From: Rhodothermales bacterium | Lineage (GTDB): Bacteria > Bacteroidota > Rhodothermia > Rhodothermales > JANQRZ01 | DNA: 64,000 nucleotides | Assembly (NCBI GenBank): GCA_965215145.1 | Contig: OZ244038.1 | Coordinates: 90,257-154,256 of the forward strand | Direction of reading: 5' to 3' | Shown: one piece after another, positions 54,001 through 63,725 of the stretch | How positions within the stretch are numbered: the first letter of the stretch is position 1 | Layout of the letters: every line of letters begins with the position of its first letter | The notes under the pieces: generated by a model | Seen by the model: only the letters and a program-made list of their open reading frames with translations | Told to the model about the DNA's origin: nothing | Database searches by the model: none | Position numbers and translations under genes: made by a program

Positions 54001-54767
54001 GGGCTCTGTTCCTGCGTTCGGTTCACCTCTCTATCGGCCGCCCGCCCCGCACGATACAGCGCGGCGGTCAGCGCCGCCAGCCACGCCGCCCCGACCACGG
54101 CGCCGGCCGCGACGTCGCTCGGCCAGTGCGCCCCAAGCCGCAGCCGCGCCCACCCGACGATGCCGGCGAGGGCCAGCAGGAGCGCGACGATCAGCGCTCG
54201 CTCCAGCCAGTTCCCCGAGCGTCGCGCCCACAGGAACGCGAGCAGCCCGTAGATCACCGTCGTGTTGACGGCGTGGCCGGACGGGTACGAGTCGAGGCCG
54301 GGTGCGGCGATCCCCCCCTGGACGACCTCCGGGCGCGGGCGGTCCCACACGGCCCACGCCGCGAACACGAGCAACTTGATGCCGACGTAGGCGAGGGGGA
54401 ACGAAAGGGCCAGCAGCGGGCGCCGCGCCCGCGCCGCCATCACCGTGGCTGCGAGGACCAGCGGGATCAGGACGGCCGAGCTCCCGAGGCTCTCCCACCA
54501 GATCCCCGCGTCGAACGAGAGCGGCCCCGCGATCACGCGGTCCAGCAGCCGCTCGTCCCACCCCTGCATCCCCCGTCCCATCAGCCCTCGGCCCACCCAC
54601 ACGACGGCGAAGGCGACGAGCACGGCGAGGCCGAGGCCGAGCGCGAGGGTTCCAAGCCAGACGGCCCAAACCCGCCGGGGCGTCTCGGCAGCAGCGGCTC
54701 GGAAGGTGGTCCACGTCGAGCGGGCGGCGCGGACGAGCGCCCACCGGGGTGTAGCGGAGAGGGGCAT
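53997..54767 (-). CDS. PAP2-family phosphatase
   Basis: 256 aa. YPSGHA and RLRLGAHWPSDVAAG (PAP2 motifs 2 and 3). 4-nt overlap with the downstream gene. Confidence 0.8.
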   Translation of the reverse strand: MPLSATPRWALVRAARSTWTTFRAAAAETPRRVWAVWLGTLALGLGLAVLVAFAVVWVGRGLMGRGMQGWDERLLDRVIAGPLSFDAGIWWESLGSSAVLIPLVLAATVMAARARRPLLALSFPLAYVGIKLLVFAAWAVWDRPRPEVVQGGIAAPGLDSYPSGHAVNTTVIYGLLAFLWARRSGNWLERALIVALLLALAGIVGWARLRLGAHWPSDVAAGAVVGAAWLAALTAALYRAGRAADREVNRTQEQSP

Positions 54768-54866
54768 AGGAGAAGTGGGAGAAACGGAAGCTACGGCGGA
54801 CGCACCTCAGGCGCCCCGGCTCCGTAGCATGGGCCCTCAGCCGCGCGCCCTAAACCCGCCCGAACG

Positions 54867-55406
54867 ATGGAGACCCCGCTCCGCCCTGATCCGGCTCCGG
54901 CCTACGAACGTGACGACCGTCCCTACGTCCCCGACCTCAGTGTCGGCTACCTGTTCGGCCGAGGCTGGGAGGCATTCAAGGAGCACCTCGGCGTCCTCGT
55001 CGGCGCCTTCGTCGTGCTCGTCCTCCTCAACAGCCTCCTCAACGACCTCGGCAGGGACGGCATCTCGGGGCTCGACGGCCTGCTCTCGCTGGCCTCGCTC
55101 GCGGTCTCGGGGCCGCTCACGGCGGGGATGTACTGGATGGGGCTGAAGGCCGTCCGCCGCGAGCCCGTCGAGTTCCGGGACCTGTTCAGCGGGTTCGAGG
55201 TGTTCGGCCGCGCGGCGGGGGTCTACATCCTGATGATGCTCGCCGTCATCGTCGGCCTCATCTTCCTCATCGTGCTCGGCGTCGTGCTGTCCTTCATCAC
55301 GCTCGCCGGGCTGCTCGCCCTCGTCATCGGCGTCTTCTTCACCGGGGCCTTCAGCGTGGTCGTCGCCGCGGCGGCCTACGAGGAGCTGGCCCTGGCTGAG
55401 GAATGA
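54867..55406 (+). CDS. hypothetical membrane protein
   Basis: 179 aa with 3-4 hydrophobic helices. GC3-rich. No motif recognised. Confidence 0.5.
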   Translation: METPLRPDPAPAYERDDRPYVPDLSVGYLFGRGWEAFKEHLGVLVGAFVVLVLLNSLLNDLGRDGISGLDGLLSLASLAVSGPLTAGMYWMGLKAVRREPVEFRDLFSGFEVFGRAAGVYILMMLAVIVGLIFLIVLGVVLSFITLAGLLALVIGVFFTGAFSVVVAAAAYEELALAEE

Positions 55407-55618
55407 GGAGGGCCACCGGAGGCGACACCAGGGCCGGGTCCGGATTTCACGGTGGGGTAGCCTTGCGGGCCGAGCGCGGGCGCCTTTAGATTGGCGGCCC
55501 GCCCCGACGGGTCTGAGGCGTCCTGAGCGCCGATCCCATCGGTGCCGCGTCGGGAACGACGGCCTCCGTCCCCGGCGCCCTGCGTTCCCCCGCCGCCCCT
55601 CCCGACGACGGTTCCGCT

Positions 55619-56407
55619 GTGCTCGACCTGCTGCGTGAGGCCCGAGGCACGCTGGCTCTCCAGCGCGCCCTCGCGGGCGACCTCCTCCCGGCCGCCCCTG
55701 TGGCCCCCGTACCGCCGGCCGACCCCGACGACCCCGACGCCTCCATGCCCGACCTCTTCGGCGCCCTCCCGGACCCGACCCAGGACCCCACCCTCTCCCC
55801 CTACGAGCGCGTCGAGGCCCTCATCCCCGAGGGGCACCCGGTCCGGGAGATGGACTCGCTCCAAGAGGTGTTCGACTGGATGAAGGACACCGTCCTCGTC
55901 CCCATCGACGAGAGCCGGATCAACCCCGTCCTCGGCACCGGCGACCCGGCGGCCGACCTGATGGTCATCGGCGAGGCGCCGGGCGCCGACGAGGACCGCA
56001 CCGGCGAGCCGTTCGTCGGCCGCGCGGGGCAGCTCCTGAACAAGATCCTCGCGGCCGTCAACTTCGAGCGCGAGGAGGTCTACATCACGAACATCCTCAA
56101 GAGCCGCCCGCCGAACAACCGCGACCCGCTGCCCGACGAGGTCGCGGCCCACGTCCCCGTCCTCTACAAGCAGATCGCGCTGGTCCGCCCGAAGATGCTG
56201 CTCGCCGTCGGGAAGAGCGCGGGCAACGGGCTGCTGGAGCGGAAGTCGTCGCTGGCCTCGCTGCGCGGGAAGTTTCAGGATTTCTACGGCCTCCCGCTGA
56301 TGGTGACGTACCATCCGGCGGCGCTGCTCCGCAACCCGCAGTGGAAGCGGCCGACGTGGGAGGACATGAAGCTCCTCCGCACCCGCTACGACCAGCTCAC
56401 GGGCTGA
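55619..56407 (+). CDS. family 4 uracil-DNA glycosylase
   Basis: 262 aa (GTG 55619). VIGEAPGADEDRTGEPFVGRAGQLL, ITNILKSRPPNNRDP, VTYHPAALLRNP. Confidence 0.85.
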   Translation: MLDLLREARGTLALQRALAGDLLPAAPVAPVPPADPDDPDASMPDLFGALPDPTQDPTLSPYERVEALIPEGHPVREMDSLQEVFDWMKDTVLVPIDESRINPVLGTGDPAADLMVIGEAPGADEDRTGEPFVGRAGQLLNKILAAVNFEREEVYITNILKSRPPNNRDPLPDEVAAHVPVLYKQIALVRPKMLLAVGKSAGNGLLERKSSLASLRGKFQDFYGLPLMVTYHPAALLRNPQWKRPTWEDMKLLRTRYDQLTG

Positions 56408-56465
56408 CCCCTCCGCCACCCCGCCCTCACCCACCCCCGGCCGCGCGCCGGCTCCCTCCCCCTCA

Positions 56466-58058
56466 ATGGCGGAACCCGACGACCCCCGGCAGCGACCGAT
56501 CCGTATCGACGAGAGCGCGGCGAGCATCCCGCTCGAGAAGCTGACCGCCCGGCGCGGCGCCTCGCGCGCGGCGCGGGCCAACGTGATCGCGCTCCACGAA
56601 CAGGCCGGGCGCGTGCCGCCGCAGGCGGCGGACGTCGAGCAGAGCGTGCTCGGGGCGATGCTCATCGAGCGCGAGGCGATCCCGAAGGCCATCGAGGTCC
56701 TCCCCCACGAGGCGTTCTACGACGGCCGCCACCAGCGGATCTACGAGGCCATGCTCGGGCTCTTCGAGCGCGGCAACCCCGTCGACCTCGTGACGCTGAC
56801 CGAGGAGCTCAAGCGGCGGGGGGAGTTCGAGCACATCGGGAGCTACTACCTCTCGGAGCTGACCACGCGGGTGGCGAGCGCGGCCAACGTCGAGTACCAC
56901 GCCCGGATCATCGCGGAGAAGAGCCTGCTCCGCCGGATGATCGAGACGATGACGACCGTCGTCGGCGAGGCCTACGACCCCGGCACCGACGCCTTCGACC
57001 TCCTCGACCGCGCCGAGCAGAACATCTTCCGGATCTCCGAGAGCCAGCTCCGCAAGGGCGCCCGCTCGATGCAGGACGTCGTGATGGAGACGTTCAAGCA
57101 GCTCGAGGCGCTGACCGAGCGGGAGGGCGGCATCACCGGCGTCCCGAGTGGGTTCCACGCCCTCGACCAGATGACGGGCGGCTGGCAGAACTCGGACCTC
57201 GTCATCATCGCGGCTCGACCCTCGATGGGGAAGACCGCCCTCTCGCTCGCCGTCGCCCGGAACGCGGCGAAGGACCCGCGCTACGGCGTGGGCGTGGCTT
57301 TCTTCTCGCTGGAGATGAGCGCGTCGCAGCTCGCCCAGCGGCTCCTCACGAGCGAGGCCCGCGTGGACGCGCAGGCCGCCCGCACCGGCCGGCTCTCGGA
57401 CGAGGACTGGCAGAAGCTGGCCCGCGCCGCCGGCACCCTCTCGGCCGCGCCGATCTTCGTGGACGACACGCCGGGCCTCGGCATCCTCGAGCTCCGCGCG
57501 AAGTGCCGCCGCCTCAAGGCCGAGCACGACATCGGCCTCGTGGTCGTGGACTACCTCCAGCTCATGCACGGCACGCGGGACAACCGCAACTCGAACCGCG
57601 AGCAGGAGATCGCGCAGATCTCGCGGAGCCTGAAGGCCCTCGCCAAGGAGCTCGACGTGCCGGTGATCGCGCTGGCCCAGCTCTCCCGCGCGGTCGAAAC
57701 AAGAGGAGGGGATAAACGACCGCAACTCAGTGACTTGCGCGAATCGGGATCCATCGAGCAGGACGCCGACGTGGTGGCGTTCATCTACCGCGCCGAGCGC
57801 TACGGCATCACCGTGGACGAGCACGGCAACTCGACCGAGGGGCTCGGCGAGGTCATCATCGGGAAGCAGCGGAACGGCCCCATCGGGAACGTCCGCCTCG
57901 CGTTCGTGAACCAGTACGCGCGGTTCGAGAACCTGGAGACGTATTACGGCGGCGAGCCGGGCTACGAGTTCAACGCACCGCCCGCGCTCCCCCCCGGCGG
58001 CGGGGCCTACGAGGACGTGCCGCCCCCTCCCCCGCCGTCAGGCGACGCGCCGTTCTAG
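56466..58058 (+). CDS. dnaB: replicative DNA helicase
   Basis: 530 aa. PPQAADVEQSVLGAMLI, AARPSMGKTA (Walker A), LVVVDYLQLM, SGSIEQDADVV, GKQRNGP. Confidence 0.95.
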   Translation: MAEPDDPRQRPIRIDESAASIPLEKLTARRGASRAARANVIALHEQAGRVPPQAADVEQSVLGAMLIEREAIPKAIEVLPHEAFYDGRHQRIYEAMLGLFERGNPVDLVTLTEELKRRGEFEHIGSYYLSELTTRVASAANVEYHARIIAEKSLLRRMIETMTTVVGEAYDPGTDAFDLLDRAEQNIFRISESQLRKGARSMQDVVMETFKQLEALTEREGGITGVPSGFHALDQMTGGWQNSDLVIIAARPSMGKTALSLAVARNAAKDPRYGVGVAFFSLEMSASQLAQRLLTSEARVDAQAARTGRLSDEDWQKLARAAGTLSAAPIFVDDTPGLGILELRAKCRRLKAEHDIGLVVVDYLQLMHGTRDNRNSNREQEIAQISRSLKALAKELDVPVIALAQLSRAVETRGGDKRPQLSDLRESGSIEQDADVVAFIYRAERYGITVDEHGNSTEGLGEVIIGKQRNGPIGNVRLAFVNQYARFENLETYYGGEPGYEFNAPPALPPGGGAYEDVPPPPPPSGDAPF

Positions 58059-58084
58059 ACCACGACTTGGTCGGCGGCACGCCC

Positions 58085-58537
58085 TCAGCGGATGAGGCGG
58101 TAGAACCGGAAGAGGTCGTAGTCGAGCGGGAGCACCTCGAGGTCGCGGAGGCCGGCCTCTTGCGCGTACCGGCGGAGCGTGTCGGTCCGCATCACCGTGC
58201 CGGTCGCGGCGCACGTGTGCCCCGAGCAGTCGGCGATGCCGACGGGGAGGCAGTGGAATGCGCTGAACCCGTAGAACAGCCGCTCCAGCACGTCGGCGTC
58301 GGGGGCGAACCCCTCGGCCACGCGCTCGTCCACGACGAGGACGGTGCCGTCCAGCTTCGCCAGCCGCCGCATCGTGGCGAGCGCAGCGACGGGGTGCCCC
58401 ATGTCGTGCACGCACTCGACCGCGATCACGAGGTCGTACTGCCCCTCCAGGTCGGGGTCGGCGATGTCGTGGTGATGGATCCGCACCCCCTCCTGCAGAA
58501 GCTCCGTGCAGAGCGGGTTGCTCTCGACGGCTAGGCG
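58085..58537 (-). pseudogene. 5'-truncated class I methyltransferase remnant
   Basis: Only the distal part of the fold is encoded (YDLVIAVECVHDMGHPVAALATMRRLAKLDGTVLVVDE...). The SAM-binding motif I region is missing. The in-frame upstream part of track ORF 58085-58954 is an alternate-frame reading of the WYL gene. The first usable start would be a GTG just before RIHHHD. Confidence 0.45.
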
Positions 58538-58539
58538 GT

Positions 58540-59532
58540 TCAGGTCGTTGTGGACTCTGCATAGTGCTCCGCTAGCGCGCGTGCCCGCTCCTGGAGCCTG
58601 TCGCGCAGTCCCTCCGGCTCCAGGGCGACTACGTCTGTGCCGTACCGGAGCAGCCACCGGGCCACGTAGTCGAGGTTCTCGAAGTAGAACGTGACCCGGA
58701 TGCCCTCGTCGGTCTCCACCACCTCCTCGACCTCGGCCGGGATGCTGCGCTTGGCCCAGCGGTAAGCACGGGGACGGAAGCGCAGGGTGATCCTCTCGTT
58801 GCGGGGGCTCGACCCCTTCTCCCTTAGGTACTCCTGAAGGTTGAAGGTCTCCGGAGGCTGGAACGAATCCATCAGCACCCGCATCTTGCGGATGCGGTCG
58901 AGGCGGAAGTTGCGCACGTCCCTGCGGAGGTGGTCGTAGGCGATGAGGTTCCACGAGTCCGAATAGTACACGAGCCCGAGCGGGTCCACCTTCCGCTTCG
59001 TCAGCTCATCCCGACTCGCCACGTAGTACTCCATCCACACGCTCCGCTGCCGAGCGACGGCTTCGGAGAGCTCGTACCACTGCCCCTGCTCGTCGTGACC
59101 GCCTCCGGGGTCGAGGTTGCGGACGTAGGGCGCGATCACGGTGCTCTCCTGCAACCGGTCGATGTAGACCCGGATGGGCTCGGGCAGCACAGAGCGGATC
59201 TTCAGCGCGACCTCGTCGGCGTCCGTCCGCAATGAGTTGTCGGGCTGCAGCTTTGTGAATGCGGTGCCGACGAGGAGCGTCGCCGCCTCACGGGCGGTGA
59301 ACATCAGGGGGGGGAGCTGGTAGCCCTCGAGGATCTCGTATCCACCCCCGTCGGCGTAGGTCAGTGGGACGCCGGACTCCGAAAGCGTCCGCAGGTCGCG
59401 GAAGACCGTGCGTCGGCTGACGCCGAAGTGCTCGGCGAGATCCTTCGACGTCATGCTCGGGCGGTTCTGCAAGAGCAAGACCAGGGCGAACAGACGTTCG
59501 GTCTTGTTCAGTGTGCGCTCCGACTGCGGCAT
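58540..59532 (-). CDS. HTH + WYL domain transcriptional regulator (YafY-like)
   Basis: 330 aa. RLFALVLLLQNRPSMTSKDLAEHFGVSRRTVFRDLRTL (HTH). WYL region VDPLGLVYYSDSWNLIAYDHLRRDVRNFRLDRI. C-terminal extension domain. Confidence 0.85.
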   Translation of the reverse strand: MPQSERTLNKTERLFALVLLLQNRPSMTSKDLAEHFGVSRRTVFRDLRTLSESGVPLTYADGGGYEILEGYQLPPLMFTAREAATLLVGTAFTKLQPDNSLRTDADEVALKIRSVLPEPIRVYIDRLQESTVIAPYVRNLDPGGGHDEQGQWYELSEAVARQRSVWMEYYVASRDELTKRKVDPLGLVYYSDSWNLIAYDHLRRDVRNFRLDRIRKMRVLMDSFQPPETFNLQEYLREKGSSPRNERITLRFRPRAYRWAKRSIPAEVEEVVETDEGIRVTFYFENLDYVARWLLRYGTDVVALEPEGLRDRLQERARALAEHYAESTTT

Positions 59533-59606
59533 GGGGATCTGCGGTGGGGTGACACCAAAGTGGCATCACACCAACGCCTATTACTGCCTCGGGTTGCTCC
59601 TGTCCG

Positions 59607-60272
59607 CTACGTTTGCTTCCAGCCGACGTGAACGAGTCGCTTGTTGAGGCCATGATGGCTACTCGGCAATGGGAGGTCTTCGACGACGGTGTGCGGGAAC
59701 GTGTGCATCAGCGTGATCTTCTCCTCGTCTAGGTCTCCGCCCTTCAAGGCGATCAGACCCGAGGCCCACCCCTCCTCCCCCAGCGTGTCGTTCGGAGCTA
59801 GGACTCGCTCTGTCCACCGCCACAGTTCTGCGAGAGGAGCAGTGGCTCTCGAGACGGCATATCCGGCCTCGCCGTCCCATCCCTCCGCCCTACCATGCCA
59901 AGCGCTGACGTTCTCAAGACCGAGCTCGCGTATCATGTCCCTAACGGCTCGGACCTTCTTGCCGACGCTATCGACTAGCACGAATTCTACCTCAGGAAAC
60001 GCCACAGCAAGCGGGAGACCGGGAAATCCGCCCCCAGTGCCCCAGTCGACCACCCTGGTTCCGCTTTTGAACGGGCGGACCGCTATGCAAAGGCTGTGGA
60101 GCACGTGGCGCCTCCAGAAATCTTTGGTGCTCGCTTGGGAGTAAAGGTTGAGACGCCGGTTCCAGACGAGGGCCCGCTGCATAAGGAGCTCTAGCTTCTC
60201 CCGCTGCTGCTCGTTAAGCGCTGCGGTCGGATCAGACAGTCTCACGGCTTCCCATTGTTTCATGTGAAACAC
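59607..60272 (-). CDS. rsmG: 16S rRNA (guanine527-N7)-methyltransferase
   Basis: 221 aa (GTG 60272 or ATG 60263). [38 protein letters not shown]. Confidence 0.85.
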   Translation of the reverse strand: MFHMKQWEAVRLSDPTAALNEQQREKLELLMQRALVWNRRLNLYSQASTKDFWRRHVLHSLCIAVRPFKSGTRVVDWGTGGGFPGLPLAVAFPEVEFVLVDSVGKKVRAVRDMIRELGLENVSAWHGRAEGWDGEAGYAVSRATAPLAELWRWTERVLAPNDTLGEEGWASGLIALKGGDLDEEKITLMHTFPHTVVEDLPLPSSHHGLNKRLVHVGWKQT

Positions 60273-62175
60273 CGCGCTGCCCGTCCGCTCCCCCTGGGAG
60301 TCGGCGACCTCGAAGCAGCACCATCAAGGCCGCTATGTCAGCAGGGCTCACCCCGCTGATCCTACTCGCCTGACCGAGGGTCTGAGGCCGAATACGCTCC
60401 AGCTTCTGTCGTGCCTCCGTTGAGAGTGAAGTCAGGCGGCGGTAGGCTAGGTCCTCGGGAAGGACCTCGTTCTCCACCCGCTCCATCCTCCGAACCGCCT
60501 GGTGCTCGCGCTCAATGTAGCCAGCGTACTTGAGTTCGGTCTCTACCGTCGCTGCCGTCTCTTCCATACCAGGAGACTCTACCACCACGTCCGAGGCCCC
60601 CGCCGCCTCCAGAAGTGATCGGAGCTTCACCTCCGGGCGAGCTATGAGCTTCGCAAGCCGTGACGGATGGGAGATGGGGGCCGTGCCGATCCGGCGGAGG
60701 TAAGGATTCACGCGCTCAGGCTCTACCGCCCGCTCCTCGAGCCCAGATCGGGTTGCTGCTACGGCATCCCATCGGGCTTCCATCCGACGTAGCCGCTGGA
60801 AGGAGGCGAGCCCGATCTGATACCCCAAGGGAGTGAGCCGTGAGTCGGCGTTGTCTTGGCGGAGTAGTAGACGGTGCTCTGCTCTGGAGGTGAACATCCG
60901 ATACGGCTCCTCCGTCCCCTTCGCGACCAAGTCATCAATCAGGACTCCGATGTACGCCTGGGAGCGAGGCAGAACCACAGCGGCTTCCCCCCGCAGCTGC
61001 CGGGCGGCATTAACCCCGGCGATCAGGCCCTGTGCAGCCGCCTCCTCGTACCCCGTCGTGCCGTTGATCTGGCCTGCGAAGAAGAGCCCGCTTACCCGCT
61101 TGGTCTCGAGCGAGTACCGAAGCTGGTAGGGGGGGAAGTAGTCGTACTCGATGGCGTAGCCAGGCCGAAGGAGGTGACACCGTTCGAGCCCTGACACGTG
61201 CCGAAGGGCTGTCAGCTGGACGTCCTCGGGCAGCGAGGTCGAGAAACCGTTGACGTAAACCTCGTAGGTGTTCCTGCCTTCGGGTTCGAGAAAGAGCTGG
61301 TGGCTGTCCTTGCCGGCAAACCGCTCTAGCTTGTCTTCGATGGATGGGCAATAGCGCGGCCCGACGCCTTTAATGCGTCCTTTGAACATCGGGCTGCGGC
61401 TAAAGCCAGTCCGGAGGAGACGATGCACTCCGGGGTTGGTAGAGGTCAGCCAACATGGGAGCTGCTGCTGCGGGAGAGCGTCTGTGAGGAAGGAGAAGGG
61501 GCTCGGGTGCTCGTCGCCGGGTTGCTCCTCCAGCTGGTCGTAGTCAATGGTCCGGCCGTCGATGCGAGGCGGTGTCCCCGTCTTGAGTCGGCCTGCCTCG
61601 AAACCCAGCCGCACCAGTGAGGCGGTGATCCCCGAGGCGGCACGCTCGCCGGCTCGCCCACCACCAAACTGCTGCTCACCGAGGTGAATGGTGCCGTTCA
61701 AGAAGGTGCCGTTCGTCAGCACCACCGCCGCGGCGTGGAAGACTCGCCCCGTCTGCGTCTGGATACCAGTTACAGCGCCATCCTCGGTGAGCACCTCCAC
61801 CGCCATGTCCTGACGCAAGTACAAATCGGGTAGGGACTCAAGCTCCTCGCGCACCGCCGCTGCGTAGGCGACCCGATCACTCTGCGCCCGTGGGCTCCAC
61901 ACCGCCGGCCCCTTGCTGCGGTTGAGCATGCGGAACTGGACGGCGGTTCGATCTGTGACGCGCCCCATCAATCCTCCGAGCGCATCGATCTCGCGGACGA
62001 GTTGCCCCTTTCCTACCCCGCCGATGGCCGGATTACATGACATCCGCCCGGCGGCCTCGAGGTTCATCGTGACGAGTAGGGTGTGGGCTCCCATCCGAGC
62101 CGCAGCGTGGGCAGCCTCAGCGCCAGCGTGCCCAGCACCGACTACGATCACGTCAAATCGATCAATTTCGCCCAT
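60232..62175 (-). CDS. mnmG: tRNA uridine 5-carboxymethylaminomethyl modification enzyme
   Basis: 647 aa. [69 protein letters not shown]. Confidence 0.95.
   Translation of the reverse strand: MGEIDRFDVIVVGAGHAGAEAAHAAARMGAHTLLVTMNLEAAGRMSCNPAIGGVGKGQLVREIDALGGLMGRVTDRTAVQFRMLNRSKGPAVWSPRAQSDRVAYAAAVREELESLPDLYLRQDMAVEVLTEDGAVTGIQTQTGRVFHAAAVVLTNGTFLNGTIHLGEQQFGGGRAGERAASGITASLVRLGFEAGRLKTGTPPRIDGRTIDYDQLEEQPGDEHPSPFSFLTDALPQQQLPCWLTSTNPGVHRLLRTGFSRSPMFKGRIKGVGPRYCPSIEDKLERFAGKDSHQLFLEPEGRNTYEVYVNGFSTSLPEDVQLTALRHVSGLERCHLLRPGYAIEYDYFPPYQLRYSLETKRVSGLFFAGQINGTTGYEEAAAQGLIAGVNAARQLRGEAAVVLPRSQAYIGVLIDDLVAKGTEEPYRMFTSRAEHRLLLRQDNADSRLTPLGYQIGLASFQRLRRMEARWDAVAATRSGLEERAVEPERVNPYLRRIGTAPISHPSRLAKLIARPEVKLRSLLEAAGASDVVVESPGMEETAATVETELKYAGYIEREHQAVRRMERVENEVLPEDLAYRRLTSLSTEARQKLERIRPQTLGQASRISGVSPADIAALMVLLRGRRLPGGADGQRGVSHETMGSRETV
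60256..60271. promoter_or_regulatory. parS-like centromere site
   Basis: TGTTTCATGTGAAACA matches the TGTTNCACGTGAAACA consensus at 15 of 16 positions. It lies inside the 3' end of mnmG and at the rsmG start. Confidence 0.6.
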
Positions 62176-62247
62176 AACGCCTCAGGATAAACTTCGAGTG
62201 GGTTGGGTTAAAACCTAACTTCTTAAGAAGTGACTACGGAGGCCGCC

Positions 62248-63702
62248 TCACTTACCGATACAGAACCGCGCGAAGATGGCCCCGAGCACGTCGTCTCTGG
62301 TCACCTCCCCCGTCACCCCCCCGAGCTCGTCCAACGCAAGGCGGAGGTCGTGTGCCACCACGTCCGGCGAACTCCGCTTCGCCAATGAGGCTCTAGAGGC
62401 GGATAAGGCACGGCGAGCGTGACTGAGGTGCTGATAGTGACGCTGGTTGAGAACAATCAAGGAGGCGGAGGCATCGGCTGCCTTTTCGAAGACGACGGAA
62501 GCAAGCCGGACACGCAGAGGGTTCAAAAGCTCGGGGGCGACGGTAGCGTCACGAGCAGAGAGTGGTAGATAGGCGGCAGCCGAGGTGACTGCTTCGGAGT
62601 CGGGTGAAGCCAGGTCCGCCTTATTACCGATAAGGAGGAGAGGGACGCTGGAGGGCTGCGCTCCGCTGAGCTCCGCATCATCTTGTTTCACGGTGAAACA
62701 GGCTGGAGGGGGGCTCGGCGAGGCGAAACGTCTCAGCCACTCTCGCTCGTCGGGGTAAAGCCCGGCTTGCAAGTCGAAGACGTAGAGTAGCAGATCGGCG
62801 TGGGTGGCGGCGTGGGTGGCGCGGCGGACGCCCTCGGCCTCGATCTCGTCCTCTGCCTCGCGCAGCCCGGCCGTGTCGACGAAGCGGAAGGCGACCCCCG
62901 CGATCTCAACCTCCGCTTCGATCTCATCGCGGGTCGTCCCCGGCGTACCACTGACGATGGCGCGGTCGTACCCGACGAGCGCGTTCAGGAGCGTGCTCTT
63001 ACCCGCGTTGGGGCGCCCCGCGATCACCACCCGCACGCCGTCGCGGACGAATGCACCGAGGCGGTAGGAACCGAGGAGCCGGTCGAGCAAAGCCTCTGCG
63101 CGGTCGATGGCTTCCAGAAGCTGCGTACGGTCGGCGAACTCGACATCTTCCTCGGTGAAATCGAGTTCCAGCTCCACCAGCGCGCAGAGGCCGAGAAGCT
63201 CCTCGCGGATTTCGGAGAGCGCGGCCGAATAGCGGCCTTCGAGATGGCCGAGCGCGACGCGGTGCGCGAGCGTGCTCTTCGCGTGGATCAGCTCGGCGAC
63301 GGCCTCGGCCTGGGCGAGGTCGAGCTTACCGTTGAGGAACGCGCGCTCGGTGAACTCGCCGGGGCGGGCGAGGCGGGCGCCACCGTCGAGCAGCGCGCGG
63401 AGGACGAGCTGTGGCGCCACGTCGCCGCCGTGGCACGAGACCTCGACCACGTCCTCCCCCGTCGCGCTGCGCGGCGCGCGGAACACCGTCGCCACAACCT
63501 GATCGAGCCGTACCCCCTCCCCCGACTCGAAGTAGCCGACGTGCGCGGTGTGGCTCTCTGCGCCCGCGAGGTCGCAGCCCGGCAGGCATCGGTCTGCGAT
63601 CACGACGGCTTCAGGCCCGGAGAGGCGGACGATGGCGAGCGCCGCCTGCCCCCGCGCCGTGGCGATCGCTGCGATGGTGTCTGTGTCCGGGAGGACCTGC
63701 AT
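62248..63702 (-). CDS. mnmE: tRNA modification GTPase
   Basis: 484 aa. TIAAIATARGQAALAIVRLSG, GRPNAGKSTLLNAL, DTAGLRE, GNKADL, C-terminal FCIGK. Confidence 0.9.
   Translation of the reverse strand: MQVLPDTDTIAAIATARGQAALAIVRLSGPEAVVIADRCLPGCDLAGAESHTAHVGYFESGEGVRLDQVVATVFRAPRSATGEDVVEVSCHGGDVAPQLVLRALLDGGARLARPGEFTERAFLNGKLDLAQAEAVAELIHAKSTLAHRVALGHLEGRYSAALSEIREELLGLCALVELELDFTEEDVEFADRTQLLEAIDRAEALLDRLLGSYRLGAFVRDGVRVVIAGRPNAGKSTLLNALVGYDRAIVSGTPGTTRDEIEAEVEIAGVAFRFVDTAGLREAEDEIEAEGVRRATHAATHADLLLYVFDLQAGLYPDEREWLRRFASPSPPPACFTVKQDDAELSGAQPSSVPLLLIGNKADLASPDSEAVTSAAAYLPLSARDATVAPELLNPLRVRLASVVFEKAADASASLIVLNQRHYQHLSHARRALSASRASLAKRSSPDVVAHDLRLALDELGGVTGEVTRDDVLGAIFARFCIGK
62684..62700. promoter_or_regulatory. 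17-bp parS-like variant (extra central base)
   Basis: TGTTTCAC-G-GTGAAACA has both parS half-sites intact with one additional central G. It lies inside mnmE codons 335-340 (CFTVKQ). Confidence 0.4.
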
Positions 63703-63725
63703 GGCGGGGCGTCTAGCTCCGGGTC

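Noticed and set aside
55443-55457. GATTTCACGGTGGGG, a half parS-like site with the same CACGGTG centre as the 17-mers
   Set aside because: Only one half-site is present and the right half is unrelated. It was treated as a chance partial match.
62218-62231. Perfect 14-bp palindrome ACTTCTTAAGAAGT in the AT-rich mnmE-mnmG spacer
   Set aside because: It could be an operator or a weak terminator, but it is short, AT-rich and single-copy in the window, so nothing distinguishes it from chance.
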